From contig NC_043023.1 of NCBI RefSeq assembly GCF_006345805.1, positions 8,184,001-8,248,000 on the forward strand: a stretch of 64,000 nt of DNA, in the 5' to 3' direction. The position numbers were made by a program, and so were the translations under genes. Position 1 is the stretch's first letter. The number at the start of each line of letters is the position of its first letter. This document shows, piece by piece, positions 58,408 through 64,000 of this stretch. The notes beneath the pieces are model-generated. The model did no database searches and had not been told where the DNA came from. It saw only the letters and a list, made by a program, of their open reading frames with translations. The stretch is from Octopus sinensis. Its lineage: Eukaryota.

Positions 58408-59386
58408 GGATCTTTACCTTTCGACCGGCAGATTTAGAAAATAATTTCTTGTAACTAAACACTTTCAAACTTCGTATTCTGGTAGAATGTGTTGTATAAA
58501 ACATCTTTTACTCTTAGCGTTTTGAGAAAAGTTTATATTTACAAAGTTATTTCATGTTAAATTTGTCGTATTTCGGTAATTTCAACCAATCAATGGCGTG
58601 TATTCATCTGAATAAAATTACTGCCGTTGTTTGTCAACAACTTCTGGCAGTGTATATTTCGTTTGTCACTGTTATTTATGACATATTTCATCTCAGTTAT
58701 GTTTGTATAAAAAACGAGTCTATCTGAAACATGTTTACTTCATGGCACCACCATAATTGTTCGTGCATTTCTACTGGTTTTAGTTATGTTTTTTCCTGTT
58801 TTTCAGCTTTTTTAACCCTAACCCTAACACCTTAGCCCTAACACTAAAACCCTAACCCTAACCCTAAAACCTTAGCCCTGACACTAAAACCCTTGCCCTA
58901 ACACTAAAACCTTAACTCTAACCCTAAAACCCTAACCCTAACCCTAAAACCTTAGCCCTGACACTAAAACCCTAGCCCTAACACTAAAACCTTAACTCTA
59001 ACCCTAAAACCCTAACCCTAACACCTTAAAGCTAAAACCAGTACAAACGCACGAACGATGTCATAAATAACAACAACAAACGAAATATATACCACCAGTT
59101 GTTGTTGACAAACATCATCATCATCATCATCATCCTTTAACGTCCGCTTTGCATGCTAGCATGGGTTAGCAGTAATTTTATTCAGCTGAATACACATCAT
59201 TGATTGGTTGAAATTACTGAAATACGACAAATTTAACACGAAATAACTTTGTAAATATAAACTTTTCTCAAAAACACTAAGAGTAAAAGATGTTTTATAC
59301 GACACATTCTACCAGAATACGAAGTTTGAAAGTGTTTAGTTCCAAAAAATTATTTTCTAAATCTGCCGGTCAAAAGGTAAAGATCC
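58408..59386. mobile_element. Non-autonomous DNA transposon with ~300-bp TIRs, 8-bp TSD and telomere-like core
   Basis: GGATCTTTACC...GGTAAAGATCC; TSD GGATTTGG at 58400-07 and 59387-94; ~55-bp RTE tail inserted at 59113-59168. Confidence 0.92.
58813..59030. repeat. Degenerate (CCCTAA)n telomere-like array
   Basis: taaccctaaccctaa mixed with aaccttagccctgacactaa variants. Confidence 0.9.
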
Positions 59387-61240
59387 GGATTTGGTTACTA
59401 ATTCTAGCAGATCTCTCTACCACCTGTTGACCCCTTTACTGGTTTGGCTCCCTCGTTGTTCGCGATAAACTGTGGAAATAAAGATAAACTTTGAAATTTC
59501 ATTTGTTGTTGGTGTTGTAAGTCCCAGCATCTCCCTAAACACTTCCATTGTTATATAGTTTAAATATCCTGTGGAATTTTTCAAAAAACAAAAGTTGTAA
59601 ATTCCATTTTGTGAAACTTACTTAAAATGCACATTTTGTTTTCAAGTAGAACCTCCTTGTGGACACAATTGTCAGTCAATATACAGTTTCTATTTCTCTC
59701 AGCCAATATTTTTACATTAGCCTTCATCCAAAATCTAGAAAAGGAAACTTACAGCTGACCACGGGAGAAGAATTGCGTTGGAAGATATATTCTGCTTGGT
59801 TTAAATGTCTGTCCCTGTGCCTTGCTGCATGTCAAGGCAGAGACTGGTTCCACAGGAAATTGTTTATGTGGTAACTGTGAATGGGAACTCCAGTCATTGA
59901 GACCCATGCGGAATCCTTGAGATTACCAGCATTGATCCTGCAGAAAGACCACAAGCAACCTCAGCCACAATAATAAGATCGTGCAAGCAGATAATAACGT
60001 AGCCTGTGTCATTGCAATGGCCTTGTTTAACATCTAAGTTCTTCGAAAACCTAATGCAGCCTCTTGTCTTTGAGGTGAGGATATGTCCATGGAAAACCTG
60101 ATGGTAGGAGTTTGTTGATGAATTTGATTAGGTACAGAGCTTCGTTATCAACTGTATCTGAGCTTTCTGTATATCTTTACCTCGCCAGGGATCCTGGTCA
60201 ACATGAATTCATTCATAAATTGTGATATTTCATTTGTTGGAGTAATGGTCTATTTGCAAGCCACACGGGGTCTGTGAAGTTATTTGCAAGGTCAGCCTAT
60301 ACAAAATCACTTGGAATTAAAGACAAAGGTTGTAAGTCAGGTTGATTTTGAATGCACCTAGACTTTGTTTGACAGAAATGTCACTATTTCCTACATCTCT
60401 CTTTCATCAGAATGATCTTTTGTAAAAAGTCTTAGATTGGTTGTCAACTTCACCACTTGTACCAAATTCTCATATAATAATAATAATGAAATTATTGTAT
60501 ACAGTGCTCAGGTGCACCACAACTTGTCAGACAGTGCGTATAAAGTATATGCAGTAATGTACAAATGTCTGGAAAGCGAATAATGTATGAGTCAGATACA
60601 TGCTTGTGTGTGTATGGAGGGGAGAAAATCAGGTGTAGTGTTGGCAAATCTCAGAAAGCATGGAAGTTTTGAAGGATGCAGTGCTCCGACAACTAACAAC
60701 TGATGCCGGCAGTTTGTTCCTAAAGTCATGGGAGCTATGCTGTTTTCTGACTTAGCAACCATGTCCACAGGTGGAATTTGAAAAGGTGCTCAGAGTTATT
60801 GTTTGTAAGATGGTTAATAATTTTAGGGGTGTCTGCCAAGTCAGCTGCCAGACGTCGGAGTTTCAATGTGTGTATTTGAATTTTTCTTGTTATATATCAC
60901 ATTTAAACACACATTTTTATTCTGATGTTTAATCTTATATCTCACATTCTGTATTTCTCATATACTTGATTTTACATGATTGATGTATATATACTAATTC
61001 ATATTTATAATGTATAATTTATAAATTTTAATTCTTAATATTTCAAAGTATCATTTTTATTCTTAATTTTTAATCTTTAAAGCTTAATTGTATTGCGTAT
61101 TTTTAAAGGGATGTAAAATTAGATATGTAATATTTTCAAATAGAACCTGAAGATGTGTTGGAATAATTGTAAATCTGACAATTGCATATATGTATTTATA
61201 TATGTATATATATGGGTATACAGTTGTGTATACGTATATT

Positions 61241-62754
61241 GCTGAAGGCCCTGCTCTAATTGCTGAGTCACTATCAGAACTGGAGGAGAAGTTTCAGGTG
61301 TGGAAACAAGGATTAGAATCGAAGGGGCCTTAGAATCAACCTAGCTAAAACTGAAGTCCTAATAAGTAGGAAGGTAGACAAATCACAAACGCCTTCAGGT
61401 AGATGGCCCTGCTCGATCTGTAGAAAAGGCGTAGGTAGAAACTCTATAAGATGCACCAAGTGTAAGCTATGGACACATAAGAGGTGCAGCAATGTCAAAG
61501 GAAGGCTAACTGGGAAGATAATTTTTGTATGTGGCAGATGCTCAGGAGTAATAAACACTGAAAATGCGCAGAGACCAACTTACGCCACATTCCAGGGAGA
61601 AAAACTAGAAGTAGTTGATAGCTTCCGTTACCTAGGTGACCAAGTCAGTAGCGGGGGGGCGGGTGTGCTGAAAGTGTAGCTGCTAGAATAAGAATAACCT
61701 GGGCAAGGTTCAGAGAGCCTTACCTCTGCTGGCGATAAAGGGCCTCTCGCTCAGAGTAAAAGGCAGACTGTATGACGCATGTGTACAAACAGCCATGCTA
61801 CATGGTAGTGAAACTTGGGCCGTGACTGCTGAGGATATGCGTAAGCTCACAAGAAATGAAGCCAGTATGCTCCGATGGATGTGTAATGTCAGTGTGCATA
61901 CTCAACAGAGTGTTAGTGCCCTGAGAGAGAAGTTGGACCTAAGAAGCATCAGATGTGGTGTGCAAGAGAGATGTTTGCGCTGGTATGGTCATGTGTCAAG
62001 AATGGATGAAGATAGTTGTGTGAAAAAGTGCCACACCCTAGCAGTTGAGGGAACTTGTAAAAGAGGTAGACCCAGGAAGACCTGGGATGATGTGGTGAAG
62101 CACGACCTTCAAACATTGGGCCTCACTGAGGCAATTACTAATGACTGGGACCTCTGGAAATATGCTGTGCTGCGGAAGACTCGGCAAGCGCAAGTGTGAC
62201 TATAACCTTGTGGCCTATGCTAGGGTGTAACCAGTCCACTTATTTGTGCCTTTTCTTCATTGGACACTAAACTCTGCTTGTGAAGACCAGTTGAGGCAAG
62301 TGAAATTGAAGTCGAAATAAACTCGGTGATTGGCATCCGTTGCTAGTGGAGTGCTAAGAGTACTATACGAGTGAGATCGTTGCCTGAGCAACAAGCTGGC
62401 CTTCGTGCCGATGGTAAGTTAAAAACACCATTCAAGTGTGATTGTCACCTGCGTCGCCTTACTGGCACTTGTGCTGGTGGCACATGAAAAAAACATTCGA
62501 GTGAGATCGTTGCCAGTGCCGCTGGACTGGCTCCTGTGCAGGTGGCACATAAAAGCACCATGTGAGCATGGCCGTTGCCAGTACCACCAAACTGGCACAT
62601 AAAAGCACCCACTACACTCTCGGAGTGGTTGGCGTTAGGAAAGGCATCTAGCTGTAGAAACTCTGCCAGATCAGATTGGAGTCTGGTTCGCCAGACCTCA
62701 GTCAAATCGTCCAACCCATGCTAGCATGGAAAGCGGACGTTAAACGATGATGAT
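61241..62754 (+). mobile_element. 5'-truncated RTE LINE (from the YADD region to the tail)
   Basis: Collinear with 16295-17902; frameshifts; ORF 61795-62199. Confidence 0.93.
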
Positions 62755-63083
62755 ATATATATATATAATAATAATATTAGGGAGTATAACTCCAAACTTA
62801 CAGGGGAAAATTCAATTTAGTATTAAATCAAATTTTACAATATAAATATATAATATCTATAAATTAGAGATAAAACCGCTATTATGCAATTCAAACAATG
62901 ATAGACATAAACCAAATCATAAATCAAAAATAAAATATATATTTTTAAAACATATAACTAGATCATAAAAAGTATAAAAATGAATAATCAATATTATTAC
63001 TAAGTCATGGGGATGTAAACATACTAACATTGGTTGTCAAGCACTTGAGGGAGACAAGCATAGAAACACACACACACATAGAT

Positions 63084-63140
63084 ATTGCTTCTCTTATGGC
63101 TAAGATCAAGGTCTAATATCTACTCTTAGCAGTTTAATAT
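63084..63140 (+). pseudogene. U2: U2 snRNA 5' fragment (pseudogene)
   Basis: attgcttctc----ttatggctaagatcaaggtctaatatctactcttagcagtttaatat vs U2 nt 1-60 ATCGCTTCTCGGCCTTTTGGCTAAGATCAAGTGTAGTATCTGTTCTTATCAGTTTAATAT; branch-point pairing region mutated, 3' two-thirds absent. Confidence 0.82.
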
Positions 63141-63167
63141 ATATATGTATGTATGTATATATATATG

Positions 63168-63203
<36 letters not shown>

Positions 63204-63204
<1 letters not shown>

Positions 63205-63613
63205 CTTGCGAAGACCTGTTGGGGCAAGTGAAATCGGAATCGAAATTGAACCAATCCTATGACTGGCACCCGGCAGGTGCCAGGACCCCTGGACTGGTGG
63301 TACGTAAAAAGCACTATCCGAATCATGGCCGATGCCAGTGCTGCCTCGACTGGATCCTGTGCCAGTGGCACGTAAAATGCACCAATCCGACCGTGGCCAT
63401 TGCCAGCCTCACCTGGCACCTGTGCCAGTGGCACATAAAAAGCACCCACTACACTCACAGAGTGGTTGGCGTTAGGAAGGGCATCCAGCTGTAGAAACAC
63501 TGCCAGATAAGACTGGGCCTGGTGCAGCCTTCTGGCTTCCCAGATCCCCGGTCGAACCGTCCAACCCATGCTAGCATGGAGAACCGACGTTAAACGATGA
63601 TGATGATGATGAT
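63204..63613 (+). mobile_element. RTE LINE 3'UTR fragment flanked by (TA)n
   Basis: Same 3'UTR and tail as other copies. Confidence 0.9.
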
Positions 63614-63628
63614 ATATATATTATATAT

Positions 63629-63659
<31 letters not shown>

Positions 63660-64000
63660 GTATGTATGTGTATATATATACTTTGATAGGTTTCGGCCAT
63701 TATTGGCCCAGGCCATGTCTAACTTAATAGCACCACCTGGTGAAGTCTTCAAGTCAGAATTTGGGCACTATGGCCCACTCAAGTAGAGAGTTATTGTTTA
63801 CAGAGACATATCCGGGTGTAGGGGGTTTATCCGGGATTTCTTGAAGAATCTGTCCAAAGACTTCTTGAACCCTATAGGGTCAGTTTCTGTTTTATGTGTT
63901 TTGGTGTAATGTTAAAGAGAGCGGGCCAATTGAGGTGAAATAATTGTGCCGTATTGTTGTTATGAGATGAGAGTGCGATTTTTGTTTTGGGCGGATGGCA

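Noticed and set aside
58813-59030. Relic of a chromosome end-to-end fusion
   Set aside because: Single orientation, and it sits inside a TIR element with a TSD.
63084-63140. Functional U2 snRNA gene
   Set aside because: Only ~60 nt; branch-point pairing sequence mutated; no Sm site or 3' stems.
61140-63720. Hammerhead look-alikes at ~61146-61190 and ~63690-63715 (also ~31990-32030, minus)
   Set aside because: Core bases missing (no GAAA, or truncated CTGA); at most unrecognisable relics.

Overview
Eukaryotic (metazoan) genomic DNA, AT-rich and microsatellite-dense. The SINE/RTE families look like those of octopus/coleoid cephalopods (my recognition, not verified). One spliced host gene lies on the + strand, with 14 predicted coding exons at 23580-58229. 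It encodes a Mind-bomb-like ankyrin array, a single RING whose 8th zinc ligand is Ser, and a C-terminal death domain. Between RING and death domain sits a tandem array of four in-frame phase-1/phase-1 microexons encoding CPKC or CPKS. Exon 5 is 1 nt short of holding frame. The rest is mobile and repetitive DNA: a 4.2-kb 107-bp satellite, a ~13-kb tandem segmental triplication upstream of the gene, many 5'-truncated RTE and CR1 LINEs, tRNA-derived SINEs, a very young integrase-deleted Ty3/Gypsy element, a complete mini-Helitron, foldback/TIR elements (one with a telomere-like core and an 8-bp TSD), a U2 snRNA pseudogene fragment, and five near-intact plus several decayed minimal type-I hammerhead ribozymes of the Penelope-like-element kind. 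All calls were made by eye, with no database searches. Scattered 1-bp deletions in the satellite (~1370-2000) suggest residual sequencing error, so single-base frameshifts need confirmation.
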